From: a virus
DNA: 64,000 bases
Direction: 5' to 3' (one strand)
Virus record (IMG/VR): IMGVR_UViG_3300043539_001773
This document shows positions 23,001 through 33,700 of the stretch, piece after piece (position 1 is the first letter of the stretch; every line of letters begins with the position of its first letter). The translations under genes were made by a program, and so were the position numbers. Under the pieces are notes generated by a model that was not told the DNA's origin, searched no databases, and was given only the letters and a program-made list of their open reading frames with translations.

Positions 23001-26000
23001 ATCTGTGAGTCTATTTAAATATTCTAATCTTGGATTTGGCATATCTTCAGGTGTTAAGGATGCCGCATTTGACCAACCGTCTCCTAGGTCACCACCAAGG
23101 AATTGAGCTACACCAGTTCCATTTCCTGGATAAATATTTCTCTTAAACAACTCTAAATCTGGTTGTGCTGCAAAGTTTGACCACATTGTTCTCATGATTC
23201 CAACCATTGGTAGTCTTACATCGATACCAAATGGTGATCCACCAATTCCAGTTCCATTTGAGTTATCACCAAATGGGTTTAAAACACCAGCTACCGTACC
23301 AGCTCCACCAGTTATGCCACTACCCTGACCAACTGCCAGATATGCATCTGACGCTGCATTTCTAATGCCAGCGTTCTTATTTCGTTCTTCATCTGTTAAA
23401 GGCTCATATAACATCATGCCAAAGTGTTTAATTCCAAATTTATTTTCAGAAAATACAGTTCCTCTTGTTGCATGGGCAAAAGCTTCTCTTGTTCTAGATG
23501 TGCCCATTGAAAGAAGTCTGACCATTAAATCTCTTGGTTCCGATAAGTACAACCCAGTATTAAGACCACCATCTATATGACCGCTAGATCCTTTTTTATC
23601 AACAGAATTTACTACTGGACTAAGTTCAATAGCGTCAGATTGACATGTGACAGTAACTATTTCTCCCAATTCAACTTCGGTTATTACACCATTAAATATT
23701 GTGTGAAGCGAGTTTGGATTTGCACCATAACCAACTCTTAAGTGAACTCTTACACCTGGCTTAAGTCTCATATTTTCTATGTCAACAATGTATTGACTTT
23801 CCATATGACCTAATTGATTTCTTGCAAAATTTAAACTTCTATCAATTATTTGTTCAAGACCAGAAGTTAGTGATAACTTATCTACACCAGGTTTATCTTC
23901 TGTCTCACCACTTCCGCTAAATATTGTTGTAGCTTCTTTTGTTGAAAGCTTTGCGTACATATTAGAAGCTCTAAATACTAGCGTATCACCTAAGATGTCT
24001 TCAGAAGATACTACGGAAAAATCTATTATAGACTGGAGTCCGTAGAAATTGTCAAATAGTTTTGTGCCAGCAAAATTCTTTTCGTCTATTAACCAAAGCA
24101 TATATGTAGGGAAAGCTCTAATCATTCTTCCCGATATATCCCTATACTGAGTATCTACCATCATTTTTTCCCAGTGATCAGTAACACTCTTTGAGTTACC
24201 ATTTGACTTCATAGTTTCTGGCTTACCTTCATCTCCAGATGAGTATGAATACTGATATTCAGATAGTGCTTTTGCTCCAGGAACTCCGGTTAAAGATTTT
24301 GTCGTTCCGACATCTGGTGTCTGAGTGTCGGTTATTCCCACGTATTGAACTGAACTATCTTTTTTAACAGCAACGTCATCTACAGTTAGATAGAATCTTC
24401 CATTTTGCTTATCAATATATCCAAATTGATATCCATCTGCAGTATGGATCATTGATGGAATTTTTGTGTCACCAGGTCCAGATGCTGCTGGAAAAGTGTT
24501 TATAATTGCATGCGCGTCTAGTTCATCTGGATCAAAGCTTACGTAAGCGTCTTCTGCAAAACCATCATCTTTTTGATTTCCGGATAACGCAGCTTGTAAT
24601 TTTGCTCTTGCTTCTTCATTATAGCTTGATAAATCTCCAGCCTTTAATCGACCAGAAGATAGTCTCCAACTAGAATCAGCTAAATCCTTAGTGTCAAATT
24701 CACCCTCATCTAAAGAGTCTACATAGTTTAATAAAAATTTATCATGAGGTTGATCAATATCTAATAAAGCTTCTATTATATAAGAAGCTGTAGCTGAAGC
24801 CTTTAATCCTAGTGTTCCTCTAGAGTAAGCTTTTAGTTCATCTAATTGATCATTTAATATATATTCTCTAAACTTAGCAACAACCGCAGAGCCCTTATGG
24901 GTCATTGATCCATAAGGTGTTACTACTGTTATTTCTTGAGATGGATCAACGTTAAACGTATCAAGTCTAGAGAGCTTACCTTTATTTTCAGTAACGCTAC
25001 GTATAACGTCCCTGTCAAACATCTCAAAACTTCTAAAATAAAAATCTGGATCAAGAGATCCTACAACTTCGCTATCCTTATTTCTAATCTCCAATGGAAA
25101 GTCTGGATACGAATTAAACGATCCCCACAGCTGCTTCATTCTTAAGAATGGATTTTTCTTTGTCCCGAATTCTTCAATCATTTTTCTCTGTTGATCAGAA
25201 GATAGTTGTTCACGCTTTTGTTGGAATATATCAAAGTCTACTAATCTTAAAGAAACATCATAGACATGTGGAAAGTTTGGAATAGTTGAAACATTAAATG
25301 AAAGAGGAAGAACGTACTTAACCCCAGCTAAAGCTGTTATTATATTCTTAATGCCTAAAAAGCCCATAACGCCAGCAGCGTGTTCAAGTCTAGCTAATCC
25401 ATTAATATGATCAAATATTTTTCTTAATTTTATTAATTCTTTTTCACCAAATACTTTCATAGAAATATTTATATAACTATCTCCACCACCAATGTGTTGA
25501 TAAGTTGGCTCATCTTGCATTTGTACCTGTAGGGGAATTATATTATTACTCATTGAGATAGAGACGTCAGTAACAATTGCGTTAGCTGGATCTATGTCAA
25601 CCCTTATCATCGGCACTTCCCACTCTCTTATGTGAAAACTCCCGTTTCTTTCTCTAGCTGCCTCCATCAAATCTCTAATTGGTCCAGCCTTAAAGAATCT
25701 TTCATACACCATAGAACTATACCCTGCGGCAAACTGATCTCTGATTATTAATCTTTCATTTTCTTTCCATTTGGTATCGTTAGTTTTTCCTGCATTTATT
25801 GCTCTTTTTTGTAAATACTCATCAACCATAAAATCAAGATATGATTTTGTAGTTAGAGCTTGAGATTTAAAGAAAGATTTTATTTGAGATAGTGTTTCAT
25901 CTTTAAAAACAATTGCTCCAAAAACATATCTTTCCGTATCTTCATACGCATTTTCTGTTCTATTAAAATCTCTTAAGTAATCTTTTCTATCAGAGTCAAG

Positions 26001-28496
26001 CTGTGGATTCTGAAATATAAAACTTGTTATAATAAAATTATAAGCCTTTTTTTGAAAATCTGTTGTATTTCTTCCCGCAGTTAATATGTCAATACTTTGT
26101 AAGATTTTTTGGTTAACAGTATACTCAACTACATTTCCCGTTGAGGTCGTTATAACTGAATCTAATGTTCTGTGATATTCAGCTGATTCATTAATGTCAA
26201 TACCAAAATTAGCCAACATTTGATTCCAGAAACTTCTACCTGTATCAGTCAAACCTTTTTCTTCATCAGATCTAAATCCAGATATATCTGGAGTAAATAT
26301 TTTAGTTTGAGTTTCAGCTGGCATATAAAATGATAAATTGCTACCATTCGTCCATTCTCTAATTACGTTAGTGGTAAACACTTCGTTCTTATACCCAAGG
26401 AGAGCGTCGTTAACGATCTTGGAAGGAGATATGCCAGCTTGGGCTGAGAGCCTATCAGAGGCCGCCTGCATGCCTCTTAGGTCGTCCTGAGTGACGTCTC
26501 CATCCCTATCGGTGTCAAGCATTGCTTCCCCAACTGAGATCATTGCGTCTCTCGTTGCATTAATAAGACCCTCTCTGCCAAACATTAAAAATTCTTCATT
26601 TATATAATTATGAAGAGCTCCAGCTGCCTTGCCCATATACTGCCTAAACTTACCCCAATGTATTGCTTGATTAAAGTCATTAAGCATTGGTAGGAATGGC
26701 TTGTGATTAAAGTTGTACAGATTCAATGTAACGACTAGCGCAAAAGGATAACTTGGTATTGTGGAAATCGACATGCCGTGTAGTGCAACGCCTGTTATTC
26801 CGTATACAGAATTTAAATAATGATTTCTAATCGGAAGGAATGGGGCATACTTGAATGCAGCAACTAAGCCTCTTAATGAGGAAAGGAACTTATCTATCTT
26901 TTCTTCATTGTCGCCATTGCCACTGAAGTCTATTGTGAAGTTATCTTTAAGAGTAATTTTTGAGGCGTCCTCAATTGAAATACCCCATATCTCTTCATAG
27001 TTGGGAAAGAATAATTGCATACTAATAGTTGTATGCTTGTATCCGGAGTTAAACTTTGGACTGTTTTTTTGTCTTAGCGCGCCTTCTCCTAAGCTACTTG
27101 TTTTGAACTGCGTCTGAACATCTATGCCAATTGGTGGAACATAAAAATTAGATGCGCCTAATCTAAGATGAAATATATCTGGAGAAGATGGTGGAATATT
27201 TTGCCTAAATGGAAATTCTGAAATTGCTTTTTCTATTCTTTGACCAGTATTAATTAAGTCCCACGCGCCAGTAAAGATATTCTCACCATTGACTTGGCCA
27301 AGAGAAGCCATCAAATCATTTAATACTGCTTGACCATCATTAAGCGGGTCTTCTGATCCGCCACCTTTTCCATCATTTGAATAGTCAGCTGTTGATGCTA
27401 GTGCGGCGAAGAAAAAGTTAACTAGTTCTGGGAAGTATCTATAAATAGTGGCTAGTGTTACGGGGTCTCTAGAAAGTCTTTGTAGGACAACAGTAAGCTG
27501 TTGAAGCCAACCAGTATCTCTTACTCCATCTAATACATTTGCTGCACCGGCGCTACCGCTAACTCTTTCAAGAGTAGACAATCTGGATCTACCATATGCC
27601 TGCATTGCGTCGATATAACTTAATAAATCAAAAAGACCTGACGCTTCAATCTTGTCAAATAAAGATTTTTGATAAGTGTCATTCAATTTAATTATATCCA
27701 TAGTTGGGGATGCAACTGCTATGAATTGATTAACGTAATTATCTTGAAAAGCTCTATCGTAAACAAAACTTGGATTATTTTTTCTTACTAAATTTTCATA
27801 ATACTGACTAATTGACGAATAAGAATTATCCGAATGATCAAAACCAATTATAGCCGCTCCACGAGATATAAATTCTTCTAAAACCGCTGCTCTTTCTATT
27901 GATGGACCAAGTAAATCTTCTTCAACGGCTGGAGGCTCTTGAACATCTTCTGGTGTTTGCGGTGTGTCTTCTGGATTATCGCTACCTATATTAAAATCTT
28001 TTACTCTTTGTGCAATAAAACTAGCCATTATTGTAGCTGACTCTATAGCACTCCAACATGAGCCGCTCTTACCAATACCTACATACCATGCCTCAAATGC
28101 TTTTGCGTAAGCTATATCTGTTAGATCGATATTTTTAGTTGGTATTTTTTCATCAAACTTCTTTAGGATCTCTTTGACTATATAATCTACTGGATTTTCG
28201 CCAGTTCTTGTATCCTGTCGTTTAAGTGCCCTAATTGCTGCATTGCGCCAAGCAATATCGCTAAAATCAGGTGGAGCAATTTTGATACCCCATGGTATTC
28301 TTTTACCAGCCCACACACCTACTGTGCCTTCAAAACCAGGTAGAACTGTTTGCAGTTTAGCTAGTGCTGCATTTTCAAGTGCGTTTGAATTTGCGTTTAA
28401 TGTTATCTGTTGGATTTCAAGAACGTAATCGTCTACTTGCTGCTTGGTAGTAAACTGTTCTTTTATATAATAGAATGCTTCTTGATTTATCGTCAT
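17079..28496 (-). CDS. Giant (3805 aa) baseplate hub-like virion protein with a C-terminal staphylococcal-nuclease-like domain
   Basis: Hub-like segments GVRVHLRVGYG...IFNGVITEV...VTCQSDAIEL and YSGELIVIGSADIRPHDLVYLAD...FEVEQVVHHF...GFITSITP; C-terminal VIDGDEIEV...KVRLEGI resembles the SNase signature. Confidence 0.65.
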   Translation of the reverse strand: MTINQEAFYYIKEQFTTKQQVDDYVLEIQQITLNANSNALENAALAKLQTVLPGFEGTVGVWAGKRIPWGIKIAPPDFSDIAWRNAAIRALKRQDTRTGENPVDYIVKEILKKFDEKIPTKNIDLTDIAYAKAFEAWYVGIGKSGSCWSAIESATIMASFIAQRVKDFNIGSDNPEDTPQTPEDVQEPPAVEEDLLGPSIERAAVLEEFISRGAAIIGFDHSDNSYSSISQYYENLVRKNNPSFVYDRAFQDNYVNQFIAVASPTMDIIKLNDTYQKSLFDKIEASGLFDLLSYIDAMQAYGRSRLSTLERVSGSAGAANVLDGVRDTGWLQQLTVVLQRLSRDPVTLATIYRYFPELVNFFFAALASTADYSNDGKGGGSEDPLNDGQAVLNDLMASLGQVNGENIFTGAWDLINTGQRIEKAISEFPFRQNIPPSSPDIFHLRLGASNFYVPPIGIDVQTQFKTSSLGEGALRQKNSPKFNSGYKHTTISMQLFFPNYEEIWGISIEDASKITLKDNFTIDFSGNGDNEEKIDKFLSSLRGLVAAFKYAPFLPIRNHYLNSVYGITGVALHGMSISTIPSYPFALVVTLNLYNFNHKPFLPMLNDFNQAIHWGKFRQYMGKAAGALHNYINEEFLMFGREGLINATRDAMISVGEAMLDTDRDGDVTQDDLRGMQAASDRLSAQAGISPSKIVNDALLGYKNEVFTTNVIREWTNGSNLSFYMPAETQTKIFTPDISGFRSDEEKGLTDTGRSFWNQMLANFGIDINESAEYHRTLDSVITTSTGNVVEYTVNQKILQSIDILTAGRNTTDFQKKAYNFIITSFIFQNPQLDSDRKDYLRDFNRTENAYEDTERYVFGAIVFKDETLSQIKSFFKSQALTTKSYLDFMVDEYLQKRAINAGKTNDTKWKENERLIIRDQFAAGYSSMVYERFFKAGPIRDLMEAARERNGSFHIREWEVPMIRVDIDPANAIVTDVSISMSNNIIPLQVQMQDEPTYQHIGGGDSYINISMKVFGEKELIKLRKIFDHINGLARLEHAAGVMGFLGIKNIITALAGVKYVLPLSFNVSTIPNFPHVYDVSLRLVDFDIFQQKREQLSSDQQRKMIEEFGTKKNPFLRMKQLWGSFNSYPDFPLEIRNKDSEVVGSLDPDFYFRSFEMFDRDVIRSVTENKGKLSRLDTFNVDPSQEITVVTPYGSMTHKGSAVVAKFREYILNDQLDELKAYSRGTLGLKASATASYIIEALLDIDQPHDKFLLNYVDSLDEGEFDTKDLADSSWRLSSGRLKAGDLSSYNEEARAKLQAALSGNQKDDGFAEDAYVSFDPDELDAHAIINTFPAASGPGDTKIPSMIHTADGYQFGYIDKQNGRFYLTVDDVAVKKDSSVQYVGITDTQTPDVGTTKSLTGVPGAKALSEYQYSYSSGDEGKPETMKSNGNSKSVTDHWEKMMVDTQYRDISGRMIRAFPTYMLWLIDEKNFAGTKLFDNFYGLQSIIDFSVVSSEDILGDTLVFRASNMYAKLSTKEATTIFSGSGETEDKPGVDKLSLTSGLEQIIDRSLNFARNQLGHMESQYIVDIENMRLKPGVRVHLRVGYGANPNSLHTIFNGVITEVELGEIVTVTCQSDAIELSPVVNSVDKKGSSGHIDGGLNTGLYLSEPRDLMVRLLSMGTSRTREAFAHATRGTVFSENKFGIKHFGMMLYEPLTDEERNKNAGIRNAASDAYLAVGQGSGITGGAGTVAGVLNPFGDNSNGTGIGGSPFGIDVRLPMVGIMRTMWSNFAAQPDLELFKRNIYPGNGTGVAQFLGGDLGDGWSNAASLTPEDMPNPRLEYLNRLTDSSWNNLLQRYDSGSENASAAIDNLTQGMEARASGGTAANILGGGLLAAGAALAIGTGGIALPFIGGAMAVGGGASLLGSLTGRGGVNIWKTFGLISDLDDDMPGFDEVSFRAQTYMKSVWDLFQMCARLLPNYIVAVRPFEDRSTVFYGKPHWLYTSAVVPITTGFPSEKKAVELGLKVPSYRSPDSELMDLLTKVNKQSNSTADYEAMRQAQSPAISISEIVRQQSSYSDIYAPAGILRGKVVNFLDPKRTIYYGNSNNTTLSGSADSMERQQVVATKSIISEIPNTKGYVTVGFHLPIDSTGQNASELDIEKMKNLHVEIPQMPLRFSFPFFTDRVAGAVLLDYSFYALSNNRSGEGDERLKTGTIHDGDKDFEKFGHDTLYSNLISTEAALISGSLTDNREGGSEDEFVINLAGVSFTAAVNPINTFGNDKFIFDLSTSGVSGSKSLIRMPLPSLLEQVRGIEKLEGSWEYEYINQRTITSGSPFSYRDWGSPASALDEQFYIAMRWPYEITEDKDDEIFKKFKDKYFSDRNETEFYGKPKDYKNRKVLVYSPTTRTAVVCKPAYFLWGTNKADLIIGNGASGDFAKGRSEDHFINFKNDVFTEVDLAAVVSPDAAYFLGVMHLTENEKEFFNSDDAASEPTRVLTQAGLAPVPMPRDCYFTFVDDSVPLGVVTTIYNPANEFAYKGESDINGSYFVGFGAFAAEGDGKLLAEEASKSGMQKLGLSGTADSIERQLELLNERPTAFTNTQWQEYIPISGITLLDQGHFAEAAARGGNILASSDGKEGSYFDYILNEQYSALDREKLYKILDGELRTTNPDEDTGTGRERFAPVYDPAAPESIKAREFFDEGFSPSTHVIAGNGRTLSQANDVWDQFRFDYHNQVAIKKIFFDAFGMDPDDTTPLPDFLITILRNPEANPDIFKLFSANGPDSTAVDEFSLLLGSDFIANPNQRTGKPYGTADSMERQIESGSGSLVSSDTVKQAIEFARKNLVDAPLDEGGLVRYFDALTKTKYKKLGLFLQSQSNLSLILGADVGGGQPKVDDIIKDNFTPKQVFLLIVGMFRQAMWQDAYARAWLVLKPNRQYASDDMWDFSPVHKIFAAFIDPNQDYASNKRKFLKLLADNKGEGNSAGNVVGVLTHNIDSFWDQNIGPLFTALSDGLSGLMNMFRMSMLQMGYGLSNIDNFSKQANIMNKVLNDSIYYSLGRPGSLLRAIDNPFTREYGEPVVEVREPFQKIHYISSFSTIIANNIQETTTNVATQVTAVSEGKYPVTVALDKSIPAERQVEKTVETGLFFDNIVGEGLFGIAQPLFHPIEFARGAIKLSQGAPDELMARRVGLAHLKESLKDIYSGELIVIGSADIRPHDLVYLADVYERMYGIFEVEQVVHHFTPNMGFITSITPNALVTVNDPARWFMSSWIHSWMSIQNIRNDTRSLINSVQAGSTGILSGGNISVDGMSEALRSQMMGGVQFTHGSSALMSDIMANFAAEGLTDAQSQIENQMKQNSENGMSLTGIAATYLTTVGLTATAGALLGGPIGAGIGAGIASDLFWKGWKWVRDNVLDQHGCYISYLNKNGQPMDASLAINQGMVVGRYHTKRLLPGILGVKSKVRTVDGNAFIRNDDLLKSLGWKEKEITDLVRYVSYENALVNAEVLKYSGTGPDKTGLNQYFKVICKLNNVIDGDEIEVIDLMNPTGQPFKVRLEGIIASSLGTFQAYTNTSIQAGYKPDDPTTAINVNSPGGRAAIFVSERLRDKPFVIRISPNDQSSVSIYTEDDLSPGSRINNTNSYFKGVNYGDQEREKSLGTVFYRILDEDKETNISIIRSFFVQNLGLSIIQKKEKFKQNLYGESVFGQKFDEIYNSIYTSGMENHFEITGETDPLLTITNDERKLFNDLVNFKILEVLYSKASEWPYISWDEYYNDGVPATLNWELVTNNLAQVYTVDLLRERASTGGLDRSIPMPSYVEQKGGL

Positions 28497-28505
28497 AGAT
28501 ACTAC

Positions 28506-30724
28506 CTAAAACATTCTTTCAATATGGTTCATTTTATTTAGTCTATCTCCAGAAGAGTTTTGTTTTAAAGAACTTGAATAGTTATCTATTATAGCAGAGT
28601 TATTCATATTATTTGAAATAGGAGTAAATGTTGGGGTGTCTCCTAATATCGATGATGTCTTTTGTCTATACCTAGCTTGTTGATTAGCTGGATCATCATA
28701 GCCAGCTCCATTAGCTTGTACATAAGCTGGAGATGAATTCATGTAACCTTCATATGAGCCTCTCATTGGATCTGATGGCACTTGCGATTCTGGAGAATAT
28801 CCATGCATGTTTGCTTGATTTGATCCACTACTTTTTTTAGTTGCTCCGAAATGCAATTGCTCCTGCGGCAACTGCAACTCCTACGGCTGCCATATTCTTG
28901 GGTTTAGAAATTATTTTTTTACCTATATTTAAAATACCATTAGATGCTTTTGTAGCAGCTGCAGTTACCGCTGTTACGCTGCCGCCAGCAACTACAGCTT
29001 CCGCTACAGCACCTGCGGGAGCTGCTGAACGCGTTGAAGCTGCTGCCGTTACAGTAGAAGCTAAGTTATCTGCTTCCATGGTAGCTGCTGCAGATGCAGC
29101 GGCAGCAGTATCTGAGGCTCCTGCTATAATTACTTCTGATTGAGCTGCGGCTTCATCTATTTTTGATCTTAAATATGGAGCTCTTTTACCTGATCCAGGA
29201 ACATAATCTGGATCATACGCTGGAGCATCAGGAAGCATTGAAATATCTTCTCCGCGTTTAGCGAGTTCTGTATCTATGTGCCCTATCGTGCCCCTATCCA
29301 CATTGTGCATTGCGCCAGTACCGGTAGAACTTGGGTGGACATTAGAATATTCTGGATCTAGTAATTTATCATATACTTTAGCTCTTCTATCAACCAGTTC
29401 TTCAACTGACATTGCTGAAGGAACCTTATTTACAGATCTTCCATTAACCATTTGTTGTGGCAGGAAATCAGCTTTGTCTGGTTGAATCAATGGCTTTTTA
29501 GTTGCTGCTGCTGCTGCTCTGGCATTAGCATTTGCTACTGTGGCAGAACCGGTTGGTAAGCCCGAAGCTCTTGACCTCATCATTTGTATTTGTTCTTTTT
29601 TAAGAACTGTTTCAATTTCTTCAATAGTAGCAGAACCAGATGGGCTATATTTAGGATTGGCTTTTAAATCTTGAAAAGTCTCACCATTAACCACCACATT
29701 GCGATTATCTTTAGCTTCATTTAATATTGCTTGATGTGCATAATTAGTATTAGTATTTAATATACTTTCTAATTCATTAATTGCATTAGGTATTTCAACC
29801 TCGTGCGAAAGATCGGTTAATGCTTTTCTTCCGATTGAAATCGGATCATTTATGTAGGCATCGGGGAAACCACCTCCGCAGAGAAATGCTGTCCGGAGAT
29901 AAAATTCCACCTTCTGATTTTATTCTACCAACATGATCTAAATACTTTGCATAAAGATCATCTGGATTTTCTGCTAAGGATTTTAATTTATTTGCTTTTT
30001 GGTGTGCTGCATAATCAGAATCAAACATAGCGTTAGCTCTGGCTTGAGATTCAGCTTGAAAGACTTCCTCTGGAGAAGAACCTGATTTCAGTCTAGGTAT
30101 AGTGCTTCCTTTTTCGGATACAATATCTATACTATTTATATCAGTGTTAACTGGATTAATTGTACTACCGGCCTTAAATGACCCACCAATTTCTGGTAAA
30201 TACTCAACAGAACCAGAAGAATGATAGATATCAGATACTGGATGACCAGTATGAACTCTTGAGAAATCAGAATCAAATTCAACTAAACTGTGTCCAATTT
30301 TAGGTGTGGCATATGCTTCGCCTGAGGAGATTCCTGAATCCACCATACCTCTATTGAGGGTGCTATTCTGATATTTATTATCACCATTAGTGAAAATAGC
30401 TTCGTCTAAAAAGGAAGACTTTTTTGAATCAAGATGTGAACCTTTTACAGATCTATCATCTCCCCACCCTGCACCGTGCCTTCCGAATCTAGCAATGCCT
30501 CCATTTTCATGGAGAAAATATGTAGATCCTGGATCTACTCTTCCGCCAAAACTACTTTTACCTAATTTAGCTGCAGTACTAAGACCAGCATTTTCTGTTG
30601 TTCTAAAAATAGTTTTTATTTTTCCTTCAGCAAAAGCTTGCGCAATATCTTCAGGCATACCTTCTTCAATTGAAGGAACTAGTTTTTTAGCTAGTTCTAG
30701 CATATTTGGATTCACATCTGACAT
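28506..30724 (-). CDS. Uncharacterised Ala-rich virion-module protein, about 738 aa, joined across two +1 shifts (track ORFs 29846..30724, 28837..29910, 28506..28877)
   Basis: Joins DSISL-G-GGFPDAYIND and AIAF-G-ATKKSSGSNQ; both at in-frame CGG-A. Confidence 0.65.
28845..28848 (-). other. +1 frame-break site 3 (TTT CGG A)
   Basis: In-frame CGG 3 codons before the stop; the +1 frame continues GGA GCA ACT AAA. Confidence 0.8.
29875..29878 (-). other. +1 frame-break site 4 (CTG CGG A)
   Basis: In-frame CGG 10 codons before the stop; the +1 frame continues GGA GGT GGT TTC. The exact position within the overlap is not uniquely fixed. Confidence 0.7.
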
Positions 30725-30751
30725 AAAATTAATTTATCCTTTAATATAAAA

Positions 30752-33700
30752 CTAAAAAGAACCCGCTATATCGTTGTAGGGATCGCGTCCTAGAGAAGGT
30801 AGGCTGTTATGCATAGTACCTCTAACCTGTCCATTTGTTACTAATCCGAGCTCTATTCATCAATTCTTCCATCTGCGCTTGATCACCGTTAACCGATATG
30901 TTATAAGACATTCCTTGATTCCCAGAAGCTATTGGAGCATCAGGTATTTGCATTTGTTGAGTTGGAATTCTCTCATATGGATTTCCACCAGGTAACAATG
31001 GAGGTCCAGACATTGCTTCTTGTGTTCTTTCTTTTTTATTGATTGAACCAAAGACTGCTAGTCCAGTAGCAAGTGCAGCTACACCAGCTATCTTTCCTTT
31101 ATTTCTTAAAGCCCCTTGGTACATCTCTCTCATTTGCGGCGACTTAATGAAGTCCTGTATTCTTGTGTACTTTCCAGAAGCTAGTGGAACAGTTTCAGCA
31201 AATGATTCAGATGCTGCCCTGGCAGCTCTAGTTTCGTTATCTTCATTTTCACGGATGAATCTTTTCATCATACTTTCTATTGATTCACTTATTGTTCCCA
31301 TTGAATCTTCAGTGGCTTCTTTTGTTATACGAGGAGTGATTACACCCTCTGCCGTTACTGCACCGCCGTCTTCAGCAAATCTTTTAAACTGTTGATAGAC
31401 CTCGTCTTTTTGATTTTCTAGTGCAGTATATCTTTGTCTGATTAAACCAATTGTTCTTTGTCTATTTGAGATTCTTGCTGCGATTACTTTCTCATCATTT
31501 ATACCTTCTGCAACAGCAGCGTTTCTAGTCCTTTCAGCGATCATATTTTCTGTTCTTATAGGATCTTCATTAAAGGAAAGAAAGTCTTCTAAGAGATCCA
31601 TCTTTATTGATGATCCGCTCATACCATCTAAGACTTGCTGTACCTCTTCTGCATTAACTAATTTTGGTATTGATCCTAAAATTCCTGTTTCAGCATTTGT
31701 TGCTGAGCCTATATCTGTTTTAAATAGATTAGATAAAAAGTCTTTATCCATTAAGTTTTTTGGAACCAATAGATTTGGATCAGCGCTCATGCCGTTCGAT
31801 AGCGCGTTTACTTGAAAGTGCTTCTATTAAAGCAACCATATCATTTGTTTGTTGCGCCGCAAATCCTTTAGTTAATCTTAATTCATTATTAGTTCTAACG
31901 TAAGAAGCTAAATTTTGAACAGAAAATTTTTCCATTCCGGGTATAGCGATTTCGATTGGTTCAGCTGATTTAAGAACCGCTTCAAGCATTCCGCCCATAG
32001 TGGTTTGAACTTGTTGAATTATGGTAGCATTGCGGACACGATTTGCATTTTTCATTCGTTCTATTTCAAATAGAAGTCTGTCCATTACATCTTCTACGCT
32101 AGGTGCTTTACTTCCTGGGCCAACATTTTGAAGTTCTTGAGTGTAATCTGTAAAAAATTTTTGAACAGCATTTCTAGTTTCCAATTGAGCTGAGTCTCTT
32201 GAGGCTGTAAGACTTCCTGTAACTATATCCTTAAGATTTTTATACGCTTGTTCTGAAGGAAAATCTTTCAATCTATCTAATTCTCCTCTATCTACAATAC
32301 CCTGACTCATTAAAGATTTTGCTAAAGATGTTCTTGGATTAAGTGTTGATCTATTAAATTTTGGAGTTCTTTCAACTTGTTCTAAAATATTATTTTGTAT
32401 TATCAAATCTTCTATTGATTTTCCATAATTTCCAGTTACATCTTGCAGGCTTGTTGTAATTTCACCAGTTAATCGCTTCATTGTTGCATCCAACTCTGGC
32501 GTAACAAATGCGAGATCAAGTCCTTTTATTGGAGCATACGGGTTAAATGATTTTTGTTTCATTCTATTTTGAAACTTGAGTATGTCTTCATTAACATTTT
32601 CCATAATTGTAAGTGGATCTTTTATTCCATAATTTTTCATTCCTTCTTCATCTAGTTGAAAAATTTCTAAAAGATTAAATTTAGCTTCTTCTCCTGAAAC
32701 TAGTCTACCGGCAATATCATCTCCAGCTCTTGCAATATTATTTATTTTAGATATCACACTATTTTCTGGCAAAGAAACGTTAAGTATTTCTGTTACTCTT
32801 TCGGCGCCTTCAACAATAGAATTTATAACCGTGTTGATATCTCCATTCCTTGCGTCATCTATAATTGTAGATAATTTTAAGTCTGAAGAAAATTGATCAA
32901 AACCAACCATTCCTATTCCGTCAAACTTTATATCAGGATACAACTCTTGTAGTACTCTTATCATGCCCATCTGTTGTGCGGTGTTTTTAACTAAGGCATT
33001 ACCGACATTGTCCGACGCTAGGTTTACTACGCCTATTAGTTCTTTGCTGAGTTCATCATTCCTAGCAAGTATTTTGCTCATTACTTCTTCAGCTGAACCA
33101 ATAAATTCTCCAGAGTCATCGACTAATCCGGCTCTCTTTGCTAAGGGAAGAAGTTTATTATTTTCTTCATCTGCTGACAACAAAGAATATAATGCGTTGC
33201 CCAAACTTGCTTGAGCTATCTCATCAGAAAAACCAGCTCCTCTAGTGAGGTTGAACGCCATTAATAAATCACTATTTGATGCAGATAAATTTACTTTCAT
33301 CTTTGCGCCTACACCTGCGTCAATTGCGCCTTCTGGGTTAAAGACAAGGGATGTAGCTGCTTGAATTCTTGTAGCTAATTCTTCTAACTCCACACTTCCA
33401 TTTGGTCCTTTCGCATACTCTAATATTCTTCCAATGGCTGCAAGTCTTTGCTCTTCTGAAGAAACTGCCCAACCAAGCCTATTGACATACTTGCCTAATT
33501 CACCCCTAGGGGCTGACATTGAAGCAACGTTAGCTCTTTGGAACATTGCGTCCAGGGCGGTTTTAACTCCGTATTACTACTTCTTCCATGTTTCTTTCAC
33601 TAGCTAATCCAAATAAACCGCCTGATGATCTAATGGCAAAATCCATATCTGTTACTGCGCTACCAGCTGCTTGCCTAGCTGCTTGATAAGAACCAGCGCC

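Noticed and set aside
28850-29150. GCT/GCA-rich stretch as a DNA repeat or array
   Set aside because: It is low-complexity Ala-rich coding sequence with no fixed repeat unit or spacers.
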